Assembly (NCBI GenBank): GCA_000004985.1
Contig: GG738875.1
Direction: 5' to 3' (one strand)
DNA: 64,000 bases
Origin: Naegleria gruberi
Taxonomy: Eukaryota
The position numbers were made by a program, and so were the translations under genes. Every line of letters begins with the position of its first letter. Position 1 is the stretch's first letter. Of this stretch, positions 1-11,029 are shown one piece after another. The notes beneath the pieces were generated by a model. The model did no database searches. It worked only from the letters and a program-made list of their open reading frames with translations, and was not told where the DNA came from.

Positions 1-198
1 ACAAAAGTTGAGAATGGATGAAAAGTTGTATGCTTCCACTGTTAAACTTCTTTCCAATACTTGGTGTGCCAAATCTCCAAATGCTCTCAAGGTACCATAT
101 AAATGTCCATTTGCCAGCGATTTGGATCCAAGATGTTTGTGGCTCTATGTTGACAGAATGAATTACAGACTTCCAGATAAGCAATAAGTCAGCCACAC
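1..198 (-). other. Open reading frame running off the window edge (unassigned possible coding fragment)
   Basis: About 77 codons with no stop on the minus strand reaching position 1. This is unusual for ~65% AT DNA. No recognisable domain. It overlaps the 3' end of the upstream glycosyltransferase ORF in another frame. Confidence 0.15.
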
Positions 199-230
199 AA
201 TTTATAAAATAAACCTGAATCACTAATTTA

Positions 231-3077
231 TTATTGATAAGTTTGACCAAAAAGATGACTAATATATTGAGCATTGCTTCCAGTCAATTGTATCAATTCA
301 AATAATCTCTTATAACCACCATAAACAAAGGATGTCATCAACTCTTGATAATAATCTTTTGGAATTGAATGAGCTTGTTTTGGAGTTCTTCCCACCGACA
401 TTGCATATAATGCCTCTGAAACAGAATGCTCATACTCATAGTGTGATTGAATCAAAAATTCGTGTAAATCGAAATTCTTTCTTTCAATTTTGTGATAGAC
501 TGATGGAGGATTGATAAGTTTGGCAAATGCTGTTGGCATGGTATTCTCAATGTATCGATTGGACATAATTTCTGAAGCTCCAGCATTGAATGCAGCTACT
601 ACTTCCTTATCATAGATGACTCCTTGAGCCACTTGTTTTGACCAACCTTCCAAAAGGGCTGGATGAATGAGAACATCTGAAAACTTCACTAAACTGCATT
701 CATCTTTGAAATTTCTATTCAAAAAGAGAACATTATCTGAAACATCATTGTCAATAATTAACTTTTTCACATATTGCTCATACTTGCTGTTAATAAATTG
801 GCCACTTATTATCAAGAGTGGTTGAGCTCCATATTTAATCTTCTTCTTTGCATAGGAAAGAGCAATAATAGAAACATGATGTCCCATTGCTGGACTAATC
901 TCATCATCCATTTGTGAAACAACAACATAACCATTCGTGCTATTGTAAGGTAAAATTTGTGGATTGACAGTGTAGGGTAAAATATTTTTCTCCCATACGA
1001 GGTCTCTCTCATTATATTTCAGTGGTTTGAATGGACAATCTTCTAATTGAGAGTCACTAATTCCATTACTAATCACAACCATCTTGTTAATATCCAATCC
1101 AAGATTCATATCTGAAAATATGGCTACATCTGAAGAGACACTCGTGTACATGGATGTATAATGATCTGCCTTGTAAAATTTTTCCAATAACTTCTTGTGC
1201 TTATCCTCCAAAAGCCACATGTACTGATTGTGAAGAGTTTGAACAATTGGAATGTTCAATTCCTTAGCAATTTCTAATCCAAAGGTCGAGTAGTGTGCAT
1301 TGACCACTGTGAATTTTTCACTTTGCAACAATTGCTTATACTCTGCTTTGGTTTGAACTCGTTTGACTGGAATATTTTCACTCGAGGATTTGATTTCCAA
1401 TTTTCCACAATTAATAATTGTAACACGGGCATTGTGATCTCTCAAGTATTGGGCCAATTCCATGACAATTGCATCCATTCCTTTCAAATGAGCATGGAAA
1501 TCCTCAATTTGAATGGCAACGTTCAGCTTGATTGGCTTTGGATTCTTTCCTTCAAAGTATTGCACATATTCGATTTCATTCTTGATTTCTCTACTGAATA
1601 CCATCACCGGAAGTGCTTTCTGTTTGATGAGAGGTGAAATTGTGAATGCATCTGCTCCTTGAATTCTTGTAAGACAATGCAAATTGGCAGCAATTGATGT
1701 TGATCTCTTCTCCTCCATCAATAACACTTGAGGCATAAAGAGGGCAGCTCTATTATAAATTGTCTTGTCATTGGTAACGAACAAGTTGAATCTCCTTTTC
1801 AAAAAATGTCTAAATCTATACAAGAAGAAGGTAAATGTTTCTTCTAATTTCGTCTTTTCACTTTCGTCAATACTTTCTGGTAAAACCCAACTCAATACAT
1901 TACATTCCGAAAGTTCCTTCAAAATGTCAAATCGTTTAAACTTGTTCAATACTTCCATTTCATTCATATCCTCAATTTCAAATAAAGCATCGAAATGATT
2001 TCGTTGAATAATTTCTTCCATATCTGCCATGTGAAGTGGAGGATCCTCTCTCTGATAAAGCTTCTTTCCAATTCTTTCTACCAAGATATCAGTCCAAAAT
2101 TGAGTGCTCTTTTCAAATCTTTCCTTCCAGGTGCTTGGAATAGTTTGGATATCACTATTTTCGAAAACATCAAATTCCATTCCATCAATCCAATCGAATA
2201 ATTCATTGGAAATCAAATGGTGATAAGGATATACCATTGAAGGAAGTGATGAAAATTTAGATTCTTCAGAACAAACAATCAACCATGCATTTGAATGAGA
2301 TTCCATCAAATTCTTAACAGTTTCCAAATTGACATCTCTATCTTCATGGTTAACAATATGAACTCGAATTTTCTCACTAGTTTTAACATTTTCTGATATG
2401 AATTCACTCAATTTCTTTTGATTAATTGGATCATCTCCACTTGCTGTTCTAAAAACAATTAAATCCAAAATATTATCACTATTCGAAGGTTGAAACTGTT
2501 TCGACCACGTTTGCAACAAGTAATTATTCAATCCTTTAGCATATTCCTTGACCATTGATTGTTTTCTTTTTGCCATTTCGATCTTTTCACTATTCGAAAG
2601 AATCTTTTTTGAATTAATTCTTTCTCTGATAATTCTTTCAACTAGAATACTGTCATCTTTTCTAAAAATTTGCATGATTACCCATAAACCCAGGGCCACG
2701 AACGTGATGGCCACAAGTAAAAACAATCCAATAATTAACCAAAACTTTCGTCTTAGGATTATCTTTACCAGTTTGCTATTCGAAAGGGAACGAGTACTCC
2801 AAGAGTCCCTTTCTGAAAATTGTACAGGGGCATAATCATAGGTTGATGATGAATGGCCAGATTTTTTCCTGCCACTTTCGGAAGGATAAACTTCCTCTTC
2901 ATTACTGTTTCGTCTAGACATTTTGTATCTCGGATTAATATTTGACAAGTTTGTAGAGGATAAATTAATATTTACATGATCTGAAGTGTTTTCCTCTTCT
3001 TCATGAGTTGTTGTTTCTTCTGATAGATTCCTGTCAGTAGTACTACTGTCATGATGACGATTCGAATGGTTGTGCAT
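231..3077 (-). CDS. Type II membrane glycosyltransferase, GT4-like (GT-B fold) C-terminal domain
   Basis: 948-codon ORF. ATG at 3077, TAA at 231-233. One TM segment (FWLIIGLFLLVAITFVALGLWVIM) follows a Ser-rich cytosolic N-terminus. The C-terminal region (LLEGWSKQVAQGVIYDKEVVAAFNAGASE) resembles the EX7E/nucleotide-sugar binding motif of GT4 glycosyltransferases. Confidence 0.5.
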   Translation of the reverse strand: MHNHSNRHHDSSTTDRNLSEETTTHEEEENTSDHVNINLSSTNLSNINPRYKMSRRNSNEEEVYPSESGRKKSGHSSSTYDYAPVQFSERDSWSTRSLSNSKLVKIILRRKFWLIIGLFLLVAITFVALGLWVIMQIFRKDDSILVERIIRERINSKKILSNSEKIEMAKRKQSMVKEYAKGLNNYLLQTWSKQFQPSNSDNILDLIVFRTASGDDPINQKKLSEFISENVKTSEKIRVHIVNHEDRDVNLETVKNLMESHSNAWLIVCSEESKFSSLPSMVYPYHHLISNELFDWIDGMEFDVFENSDIQTIPSTWKERFEKSTQFWTDILVERIGKKLYQREDPPLHMADMEEIIQRNHFDALFEIEDMNEMEVLNKFKRFDILKELSECNVLSWVLPESIDESEKTKLEETFTFFLYRFRHFLKRRFNLFVTNDKTIYNRAALFMPQVLLMEEKRSTSIAANLHCLTRIQGADAFTISPLIKQKALPVMVFSREIKNEIEYVQYFEGKNPKPIKLNVAIQIEDFHAHLKGMDAIVMELAQYLRDHNARVTIINCGKLEIKSSSENIPVKRVQTKAEYKQLLQSEKFTVVNAHYSTFGLEIAKELNIPIVQTLHNQYMWLLEDKHKKLLEKFYKADHYTSMYTSVSSDVAIFSDMNLGLDINKMVVISNGISDSQLEDCPFKPLKYNERDLVWEKNILPYTVNPQILPYNSTNGYVVVSQMDDEISPAMGHHVSIIALSYAKKKIKYGAQPLLIISGQFINSKYEQYVKKLIIDNDVSDNVLFLNRNFKDECSLVKFSDVLIHPALLEGWSKQVAQGVIYDKEVVAAFNAGASEIMSNRYIENTMPTAFAKLINPPSVYHKIERKNFDLHEFLIQSHYEYEHSVSEALYAMSVGRTPKQAHSIPKDYYQELMTSFVYGGYKRLFELIQLTGSNAQYISHLFGQTYQ

Positions 3078-3136
3078 TTTTTTTTAAAGGTTTTTTGAAA
3101 TGAGATTTTACGTTGATTGATGGAATGATGGGGTTT

Positions 3137-3149
3137 GAAATAAAAAGAT
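3137..3149 (-). terminator. Pol III T-run terminator downstream of tRNA-Val
   Basis: TTTTT run immediately 3' of the tRNA on the minus strand. Confidence 0.6.
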
Positions 3150-3223
3150 TACGCCGTAAGGGAGTCGAACCCTTGACCTTCAGCGTGTAAAGCTGACGAT
3201 CTAACCAACTGATCTAACGGCGC
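3150..3223 (-). tRNA. tRNA-Val (anticodon UAC)
   Basis: Reverse complement GCGCCGTTAGATCAGTTGGTTAGATCGTCAGCTTTACACGCTGAAGGTCAAGGGTTCGACTCCCTTACGGCGTA folds as a cloverleaf. Anticodon stem TCAGC/GCTGA, loop TTTACAC gives anticodon TAC. GGTTCGACTCC T-arm. Followed on the coding strand by ATCTTTTTATTT. Confidence 0.85.
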
Positions 3224-3419
3224 TTACATTCAAAACGTGGATGAACCATATTTTGTGTACTTGTTATTTGACTATCTGCGTTGTAAAACTTTTTGCTTGT
3301 GCTACCTTGAAAACAACCCAAACGCAGCTAAATTGCTAAAAACCAACAAAAAAAAAAGTCTACACAAGTGCGTAACAAAAATTCAGCTGAAAATTCAAGA
3401 ATGACTAAATCGTGATCAG

Positions 3420-4712
3420 ATGCCAAGCACAAGAACCAACACCTCCAAGAATCAATCTACCAAGAGAAAACATGAAGAATCAACAAATATCACTGATTCC
3501 GAACCACAAACAAAAAATAGAAAAAAAAATAAAAATCGTGATGAGCGTCATGATGATCAAGAAATTGACAACCAAAGCATTGATGTCCTCTCTGCCAAAA
3601 CCAACTCAACAACAACCAACAAGAAGCAATCAAGAAGAGATCAATGGTACGCTTACGAATCTAGTGTATATCGCATTGATGTGTCCCTCCTGTTGAGTAG
3701 ACATGTAACTCTCTCGCTGACAGACATTTTATTTGATTATCAAAAGATTAGAGATGAAACAATCAAGGTAATTTTGCAGAATTATGAAGAAACTTTGATG
3801 GTAGATGTGAATAATCCTAATTGCCATTCAATGATGAGTCATGGTCAGTTGCATCTCAATGAAAGCATTCAATATAAGAGAAATCAATGCAAAATTATTG
3901 AAGATGAGAAATGTCGTGAAGCTTACTTGTGTGTTCACTCTAAGGAATTCACCAAAGATTCAGTCAAGAAAGCTGACGAAACGCTCATGTTTTCATGTGA
4001 TGGATGGTTAATTTACAGATGTGATAGAATGAAGGGAGACACCCATGCCTTCTCCACAATTCATGGCAAGATGATTGGTGACAAGATCAATACTAAAACT
4101 TTGTATTGGTTGGGAATTCATGATTCTCATTGTACTATTAGAAAAATTGAATGGGAAATTAAGGAAATTGTTGATAAGAAGAAAGAGAATTTTCCAGAAC
4201 CAGCATCCAAGAAGGAAATTGAACAAGAACTTGAAAAGCTAAAGGCAACACCTACCGACTATTTCATTCCAAATAGAGTGTTGGTTGTCGATTATCCCTT
4301 CATTGATGCAAATAGTGGTGTTCAGGGTAATTTACAATTTCAACCGCCACATGCTCAAACAGCTTTCCAAGAATCACCAATTCAAGATAATGAAACCAAT
4401 CCAACCAATTTACCTTTCCAATCGGATGGACATGGAGAATGGACAGATAACTCAGAAACCATTCAATCGGGAGATGATTTTGAGAATAAGAAAAGTCCTT
4501 GTCCATGGGGAAATGATATGTATAGTGCTGTGTTATCACCAATTCAAGATAATACCCAAACTATTTTACCTGCCCAAGTAGATTGCTCTGGAACAGAAGA
4601 ACCTGTAGCCAGTAATTTTGATCTTTTACCGATTCTAGACGAATTCGATAGTGAGATGAAGTTACAATCTAGCGATCTTGTTGATAACATACTAAATATT
4701 CTTTACTGTTGA
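3420..4712 (+). CDS. Hypothetical protein with basic (NLS-like) N-terminus
   Basis: 430-codon ORF, ATG at 3420, TGA at 4710-4712. K/R-rich N-terminal 60 aa, Cys/His-containing middle region. No recognisable domain. Confidence 0.5.
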   Translation: MPSTRTNTSKNQSTKRKHEESTNITDSEPQTKNRKKNKNRDERHDDQEIDNQSIDVLSAKTNSTTTNKKQSRRDQWYAYESSVYRIDVSLLLSRHVTLSLTDILFDYQKIRDETIKVILQNYEETLMVDVNNPNCHSMMSHGQLHLNESIQYKRNQCKIIEDEKCREAYLCVHSKEFTKDSVKKADETLMFSCDGWLIYRCDRMKGDTHAFSTIHGKMIGDKINTKTLYWLGIHDSHCTIRKIEWEIKEIVDKKKENFPEPASKKEIEQELEKLKATPTDYFIPNRVLVVDYPFIDANSGVQGNLQFQPPHAQTAFQESPIQDNETNPTNLPFQSDGHGEWTDNSETIQSGDDFENKKSPCPWGNDMYSAVLSPIQDNTQTILPAQVDCSGTEEPVASNFDLLPILDEFDSEMKLQSSDLVDNILNILYC

Positions 4713-4794
4713 ATTCCATATGTATACGGTATAGCAGAATAAATATTATTTCGTATTTTCTTAGAGAATGTTTAAAGAGCAAGATCTGAATAAT

Positions 4795-6441
4795 TTAATT
4801 ATCAGTAGGTTTATTTAAGAATAGTTTGAAAACTGTTTTCATAGTTTTAACATATGGCTTCTTTTTGTGTTGATCTATACAATCAAATATTTCTTTCTGT
4901 CCAATAATATGAACTGTATGTGATGCATTGACGTCTTCATCATAGGCTGTTGCTTTCTTTTTATATGAATTATACTGTTGTTTAAGAGAGGAAATACTAA
5001 GTGTTTCCATATTTGGAGAAATAAGCAATCTTAGACATGGATTTGATTCTAATTTAAAATTCTTAATGATGTCTTGAGTGTCTAGTTCGGTGTGTGGAAG
5101 ATAGATCTCTTTTTTGGTGATTTGTAAATTTTTGAAATTAGTCGTTTCTAACATTCTACAAGCTTTACAAGGTTGAATTGGATTATTAACAGGATCAGAG
5201 ATTAAGGATATAGCTGAAAGCACTGTGACATGAAGATTCTCCGAATTCTTCAGATAAAATATAAGATCAGGGCCCATTTTGTTATATGGTTTGATACCAG
5301 AATCAAGAAATATGTTGTCTAATTGTGAGTACCACATTCCTAGAATATTATTAGAAAGCTCGAGGTCGGATTTAGATAAAGTTTTATCCCTTATAAAGCT
5401 GTTAAAATTCAAACAACAGTTGTCAAAAGAGAGGTCTTTTAGCTTTCTAAATAAAGGACTGGAGGAATGATTCTTGGATTTGGATTCTGATAATCTCTCA
5501 CTTTCTTCCATCAGCAATAAGGTTATAAATATTTCAAAGGTATCCTCATTAGTGGATGTTTCACATCGTCTGGCAATATAGGTCCATAATTCTTCTCTAT
5601 AATTAGTAAAAACAAATTTGAAATAGCACTTGTAATCTATTGGATCCACAATTTCAAAAAAGTTGTTGGTTCCAATTCGAACTACATGAGCTACCGAGAG
5701 AGTTATTAGCGCATTTTCAATAGTCCCTTCTCCACTACATGAACACGGCTGACCAAACAACATTTTGAATATTGTTTCCAGAAAAACATGTCTATCACCT
5801 GAATCTATAAATTTAACAACCTTACTTTGAGCATGGGCTACTTTCTCTACCACAACATCATCCAAAATGCTCATACACACACTTTTCAATTGTTTGTTGG
5901 TTGGTTTGTGTAAAGTTCTTGAGTTCATAAGGAGAGCCTTATGAAAATCAGTGGTGTGTTGTGGAGGTCCTGATAACAAATAACAAAATAAAGCCATGTT
6001 TTTGGGACTGAGTGAAAGGTTGAATTTGTGTTCCAAAATTGTTTGAACATGAGTTGGTGACCAAGGTTCAAGACTACCCATTACAATTTTTGAAATTAGT
6101 CTCCCATTATCTGAAATACTTAAATCCACTTTAACCAAATTCAATGTGCTGCCTATGAAAACGACATTATTGAAGGGTAATATTGCCTTATAAATTGCGT
6201 GGAAAAGGCTCCCCTTTGTGCCATCAGAAAGATCAATTGAGCCTTTCTTCATATTCAATAATTCTTGAGATTCATCAAAGGCAATTACAATTTTCACTTT
6301 ATACCTGAGTCGAAATTCAAGTGTTAAACGTGAGCAAATTGTTGAGAGTGTTTCATTTTTCATCATGGAAAACAATGGCTTCCATAGCTCCCAACTGGTC
6401 ATAAGTGGCTGTCTTTTTCCTCTCATATATCTATTAATCAA
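4795..6441 (-). CDS. Hypothetical protein (548 aa ORF)
   Basis: Long ORF. The track start is a TTG; the first in-frame ATG is internal. Contains an hhhhDE stretch (KIVIAFDESQ) and an LLSGPP motif but no clear family assignment. May be joined with the ORF at 6471..6917. Confidence 0.4.
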   Translation of the reverse strand: MINRYMRGKRQPLMTSWELWKPLFSMMKNETLSTICSRLTLEFRLRYKVKIVIAFDESQELLNMKKGSIDLSDGTKGSLFHAIYKAILPFNNVVFIGSTLNLVKVDLSISDNGRLISKIVMGSLEPWSPTHVQTILEHKFNLSLSPKNMALFCYLLSGPPQHTTDFHKALLMNSRTLHKPTNKQLKSVCMSILDDVVVEKVAHAQSKVVKFIDSGDRHVFLETIFKMLFGQPCSCSGEGTIENALITLSVAHVVRIGTNNFFEIVDPIDYKCYFKFVFTNYREELWTYIARRCETSTNEDTFEIFITLLLMEESERLSESKSKNHSSSPLFRKLKDLSFDNCCLNFNSFIRDKTLSKSDLELSNNILGMWYSQLDNIFLDSGIKPYNKMGPDLIFYLKNSENLHVTVLSAISLISDPVNNPIQPCKACRMLETTNFKNLQITKKEIYLPHTELDTQDIIKNFKLESNPCLRLLISPNMETLSISSLKQQYNSYKKKATAYDEDVNASHTVHIIGQKEIFDCIDQHKKKPYVKTMKTVFKLFLNKPTDN

Positions 6442-6470
6442 TACTTCTCAGAATAACTATTGAATGATAC

Positions 6471-6917
6471 CTACTTGAAAAAATCAATTCCTGAAATTGT
6501 TTCATCATATTCCAATAATGTTTTAACAATTAACAAAGCTGATAGTACCATCATCAATACGGATTGTGTAACATCTCCATCAAAATCTTTCATTGCATTA
6601 ATAACATTATCTGAATAACAATTGAAGTAAAGGACGAAAAATCTCTCATAAATGGAAGTATTTGTTGGTGTTGAGCTAGCCAAATTGAAAATAGTATATG
6701 TTTTTCCCGATGAACTCAAATCAATAAATTTGATCATAGTGTAACCATCCTGATCCCTTCCGAACATTGTGGGTTCCTCTAACAGATTTCTAAGGTCTTT
6801 CCCCTTTGACTCAGGAACTCGAACAGTGTCAAAGTTGGAAGACCAGACACTAAGAGCTTCCTTATCAAACCCTTCAAGAGAACTTGGCAACAAAGGAGTT
6901 CTGAAAAAACTCCCCAA
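6471..6917 (-). CDS. Hypothetical ORF, possibly the 5' part of the gene at 4795..6441
   Basis: 148-codon ORF (TTG start in the track; first ATG at MFGRDQ). Contains SSSGKT. It lies only ~29 nt upstream of the next ORF on the same strand. Confidence 0.25.
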   Translation of the reverse strand: MGSFFRTPLLPSSLEGFDKEALSVWSSNFDTVRVPESKGKDLRNLLEEPTMFGRDQDGYTMIKFIDLSSSGKTYTIFNLASSTPTNTSIYERFFVLYFNCYSDNVINAMKDFDGDVTQSVLMMVLSALLIVKTLLEYDETISGIDFFK

Positions 6918-7016
6918 TATCGCTCTTTGTTTTTCTGTTTCGTTTGCAATGTTAAGTTTCCCACAACTGCTTGTCTGTTTTGAAATGGTAGACTTGTGCC
7001 CTTTGTGCCTCCAATG

Positions 7017-7529
7017 TTAATAGAATAATGTTAATGTGCTGAATTTTTGTTCGAGAATGTCCTTTGAAATGTAACTCACTAATTGAGGTTTGTGGACCCA
7101 ATAGGCAATCGTGTGACTAGTGGCATTCACAAATGGTTGTTTGTTTTTCTTAAATCTATCACTGATATTTGCTTCAGTTTCTTGTATGTCGGCTCCTCTT
7201 AGAAACTTCAAATCAGATCCCTTAAAATTGTCTAAAAGAAGGAAAATCGCTTTAGTAAAGTCAAGGCTCATTCCTCCCTCAACAAGACCAAGCATTAAAA
7301 CTTTGCAAAAAGTTAAAGAGTCCCACAAATGATAATTTTCAAAATAAATCCTCTCGGAGTTTTTTTCTATTGTAGATTGCATTGTATTATTTACTTCTTT
7401 TGAGGATTGAGTTGTGGTGTTGTTCCTTTCTGTTACGGTTTGGCTTTCATTGTTTTGAGTTGTGTTGAAGAGAAATATTAAAAAAGCGATGAATGCAATA
7501 AACAAAATCAAATAGTCTGTTAAGGTCAT
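7017..7529 (-). CDS. Signal-anchor N-glycosylation-rich hypothetical protein (copy 1, C-terminus frameshifted relative to copy 2)
   Basis: ATG at 7529. N-terminal hydrophobic segment LILFIAFIAFLIFLF. Copy 2 reads on as YTLEAQRAQVYHFKTDK, whereas copy 1 has a 1-nt difference creating TAA at 7017. Confidence 0.45.
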   Translation of the reverse strand: MTLTDYLILFIAFIAFLIFLFNTTQNNESQTVTERNNTTTQSSKEVNNTMQSTIEKNSERIYFENYHLWDSLTFCKVLMLGLVEGGMSLDFTKAIFLLLDNFKGSDLKFLRGADIQETEANISDRFKKNKQPFVNATSHTIAYWVHKPQLVSYISKDILEQKFSTLTLFY

Positions 7530-8153
7530 TTTTTACATATTCTCCCATAAAAAATTGTTAGAACTAAGTACATCCACCATATTAAGACAAAATCTAGCAC
7601 ATTTATCATGCAATTTTATTGCAGTCTGTGAGTGAAGTAAATATGATAAATTGCCACTCTCTATACGTTAGAATTCAACGTCGTGGACTCTTGCTCAGTT
7701 CCAGAGGATTGTGAAACTTGGAATTATTGCTTCCTGTGTGTCAAAACACCATAATCCAAGTCATAATTGTGGTTGTTAAAAGGGAGGGTGGTATGTGGAT
7801 CGGAAGTTCAAATACTCTAATGAACAATCATAAACGACAAAATTTCGAAAATAATATCATCATGAAAAAGGTTAAATACTGTACAAGCTCCTTCCTAGTT
7901 CGTGTTGGTGTTTTTTAATAATGTATCGGGTGAGATTTCACTTACTGTAGTCGTTGGATTATCTACACACGAGGTATACATTTGAATTTCCAACATTTAA
8001 ACCCCACCAACTCCAAAACTTGCTTGAAATTCCGCTCACTCTTCCATTAAGATTCAAAATTAAGGAGTAGATTAGTAGCCGATTAAGGTCACCATCTACA
8101 GCTCAAATATAAAGCTGATTGGAAACCAGGTAACAATACTCCATATCGAAAAA

Positions 8154-8770
8154 ATGTTCAAATTCAACACCATCTATCTTTTAGTTGTTGTGGTAACTCT
8201 TTTCATCGCTTTGATAAACAACAATTCTCATGTCAATGCTCTTCAGTTGCAAACAAGAGCAAATTCCACATGTCAAGTTATGATTAACGGAGCAGAAGTT
8301 AATATTGCATCCATCGATAGACCAAAAGGATATTTTATCATTGCAAGATCTGATCATAATATCAAGTTCCTTCTGTAAGTTGTTTCGTTATGTGACATTT
8401 GCTTAATGTGTGAAAATGTAGTAATCTTTGTAATGCTTCTCCTAATCCATATTACTGGAATTCACTTTGTAAATTCCCAGCTAAATCTGCTGGATATCAA
8501 TTCGCTTTTGAATATAATCTTTGTTATTCACTTTCAACTCCAGAAAATCCAAAAGTTTCTTACAATAGTGAAACTAAAACAGTTACCATTACTCATCCTC
8601 CAAGTGTTATCAATAGAGATGGAGTTTCAAGACAAATGAAAGTTAGCTTAGTGTGTGACAGAAATTCAAGTTTGTGGCCAGAATTGGATTTCGAAGGAGA
8701 ACAAAACTTGTTGTCTATCGTTTCTCTGGAAAGACAAGTTATATTTGTCATTAATGAATCCTTTGCTGAT
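8154..8770 (+). pseudogene. MRH (mannose-6-phosphate receptor homology)-like domain protein, copy 1 with a 10-nt deletion
   Basis: Exon 1 8154..8374 (signal peptide), GTAAGT intron, exon 2 from 8422. Relative to copy 2 the string AGATATGGAG is missing near 8706, causing a frameshift before the last conserved Cys of the domain. Confidence 0.35.
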
Positions 8771-9219
8771 AAAGATCTTTCAATTTGTTTCTAATTGTTA
8801 GTTTACTTTTCGTATTATCCATGTTGGAAAATTCACCATTAGTGAATTTTATTGATGGTTTGATGATGATGATCATATAGATATTTACCTTAATGATCGG
8901 AAGTGAATTTGCTGGTGATCTTTATCATAAACGCTATTCCAAAATGATGATGAGTTCAGTGATGATGTAGAGGAGTGGAAAGTGAGTAGAGAGCAATCAT
9001 TTTGTTTCTACATTGCTGTTGTTGATTTTGTAGCAGTTGTTTATTGCTTCCCAAGGAAAAAATTGATCAATTATGGCTTAATTTTTGATTTTGCATGACC
9101 AATTTGATTGTAAGAAATATCAAGTGATGTTAATTGTTTCATTTCACTTATGAATTTGGCTCCTTCATTATCAATTTCATTGCTACTAATATTAAGTAAT
9201 GTTAATTGTTTCATTTCGC

Positions 9220-9924
9220 TTATAATTTTGATTTTGCATGACCAATTTGATTGTAAGAAATATCAAGTGATGTTAATTGTTTCATTTCACTTATGAATTT
9301 GGCTCCTTCATTATCAATTTCATTGCTACTAATATTAAGTAATGTTAATTGTTTCATTTCACTTATGAATTTGGCTCCTTCATCACCAATTTGATTGTTA
9401 GAAATATCAAGTGATGTTAATTGTTTCATTTCACTTATGAATTTGGCCCCTTCATCATCAATTTCATTGCTACTAATATTAAGTAATGTTAATTGTTTCA
9501 TTTCAGTTATGAATTTGGCTCCTTCAATACCAATTTGATTGTTAGAAATATCAAGTGATGTTAATTGTTTCATTTCAGTTATCGATTTAGCTCCTTCATC
9601 ACCAATTCGATTGCAACCTATATTAAGTGATGTTAATTGTTTCATTTCACTTATGAATTTGGTGTTTTCTATGTCACCAAGCAACCAACCAGAAAAATTA
9701 AGATTAACAATACTATTCACGAATTGACTTTTTCTGAATAGTTCAATTCTTTTCTCTGTAAACTTTTTTTTAAATTCAATTACAAGTTTTGAACGTTCCT
9801 TGATCACATTAAAGAATTGTTTTGAAATTAAAGAACAATTATTCAAAATAAACCATGAATCATCAATCATGGAAATTATTTCAAAGCAAACATCATCCGA
9901 AAATATTTCAATCTTCATCTCCAT
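9220..9924 (-). CDS. F-box / leucine-rich repeat (RNI-like) protein, copy 1, truncated
   Basis: Probable start at MEMKIEIF (ATG ~9924). F-box-like DDVCFEIISMIDDSWFILNNCSLISKQF, then 24-aa repeats ISxNxIGxEGAKFISEMKQLTxL encoded by 72-bp tandem units. A duplicated ~145-bp 3'-end fragment at 9216..9360 introduces the stop at 9220. Confidence 0.55.
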   Translation of the reverse strand: MEMKIEIFSDDVCFEIISMIDDSWFILNNCSLISKQFFNVIKERSKLVIEFKKKFTEKRIELFRKSQFVNSIVNLNFSGWLLGDIENTKFISEMKQLTSLNIGCNRIGDEGAKSITEMKQLTSLDISNNQIGIEGAKFITEMKQLTLLNISSNEIDDEGAKFISEMKQLTSLDISNNQIGDEGAKFISEMKQLTLLNISSNEIDNEGAKFISEMKQLTSLDISYNQIGHAKSKL

Positions 9925-10763
9925 ATTGTTATGATTGATCACAATTATTAATATTAATATTATTAGTATTCTTATATATTTGATATAGTTTGTTGTAACT
10001 TGTTTGTTCTTTGCTTTTCGACTTGACACCTTCTTGATATTTGCTTTTAAATATTTTTTTTGGTTCTAAACTCGAAGAGGAAATGATTCGTGATAATTTT
10101 TCTGGATCGCTGACTTCAAATGATTGGTAAGGTGACACAATATCCAACCATTATCTGTGGATATGAAGTAATATTTCAGATCGTTGTCAGCATTTTTCCT
10201 CAGTGAATCTGTAGTTTCACTCTTGAGAGCCTTATTTATCATTGCTCATGCGAAGAGGAGCTTTGAACAATAGGAGAGGTAGAAATGACAAACCTACAGA
10301 CAGATGCCATCCTTTCCACGTGACATATATCAACTGGAGATGAAAGCACTTGTGTGTCAAAACACCATAATCTAAATCTTAATTCTGAGCTAACCACCCC
10401 TTTCAATTGTTTTGAACACTGAGTAATAATTACTGGTAATAAATAGCTGAATTGGTCAAAATTTAGAAAAGATTCAACACTGCTTCCCATTGAATTTTCA
10501 AAACAATTGTCATTATTAATAAAATCCAATTTAAACATGTCAATCCGTCCTACCAAAGATGGAGATCAAGTTATCAATTCACATACTGGTTAGCCGTTCT
10601 TGTTCAATTACCAAATTATTTCACATGATTCAAAAAACATCAGTGATTAAAATTTACCTGTAGTTCTGACAGAGGCAAATTAGTCAACAAGAATGTCAAA
10701 TGTCTACATCATTTCATTCACAAAAAAATATCAACAAAATAGCAACATCAAAAACACATCAAA

Positions 10764-11029
10764 ATGGGTAACGGTATTTCTAGAGACGAAATGAAACAGC
10801 TTCAAGAGCAAACTAAAAATCGTTTGACCAAGAAGGACATTCAACGTTATCACAAATTCTGGCATGAGCTCTACCCAAGTGGTGACATGACAAGAGAAGG
10901 TTTCAGTAAATTTGCACAAATTGCTCTTCCAAGTGCTCCTCCAGATGCTGATGTTGAATACTTGTTCAGAGCCATGGATGCTAACAAGGATGGTACTATT
11001 ACTGTAAGTGTGTTATATATTTTGAAATA
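10764..11029 (+). CDS. Exon 1 of NCS/recoverin-family EF-hand gene (copy 1, interrupted by the gap)
   Basis: Identical to 14939..15178 (MGNGISRDEMKQL...DANKDGTIT) followed by GTAAGT. Sequence runs into the Ns at 11074. Confidence 0.5.

Noticed and set aside
6440-6480. ORF-track ends near 6441/6471 that did not match my codon-by-codon reading of the printed sequence (A-run of 6 vs 7)
   Set aside because: Most likely my own miscount in a homopolymer. Flanking ORF coordinates (4795, 6917, 7529) check out exactly, so the track was trusted.
9226-9660. Regularly spaced 72-bp direct repeats that could superficially resemble a CRISPR-like array
   Set aside because: The repeats are in-frame and encode LRR units of a eukaryotic protein. 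No spacers and no non-coding context.
9929-10029. N-terminal extension MSSRKAKNKQ…IILILII of the F-box/LRR ORF
   Set aside because: An isoleucine-run translation of AT-rich upstream DNA. The conserved F-box begins at the internal MEMKIEIF, so the extension is probably 5' UTR.
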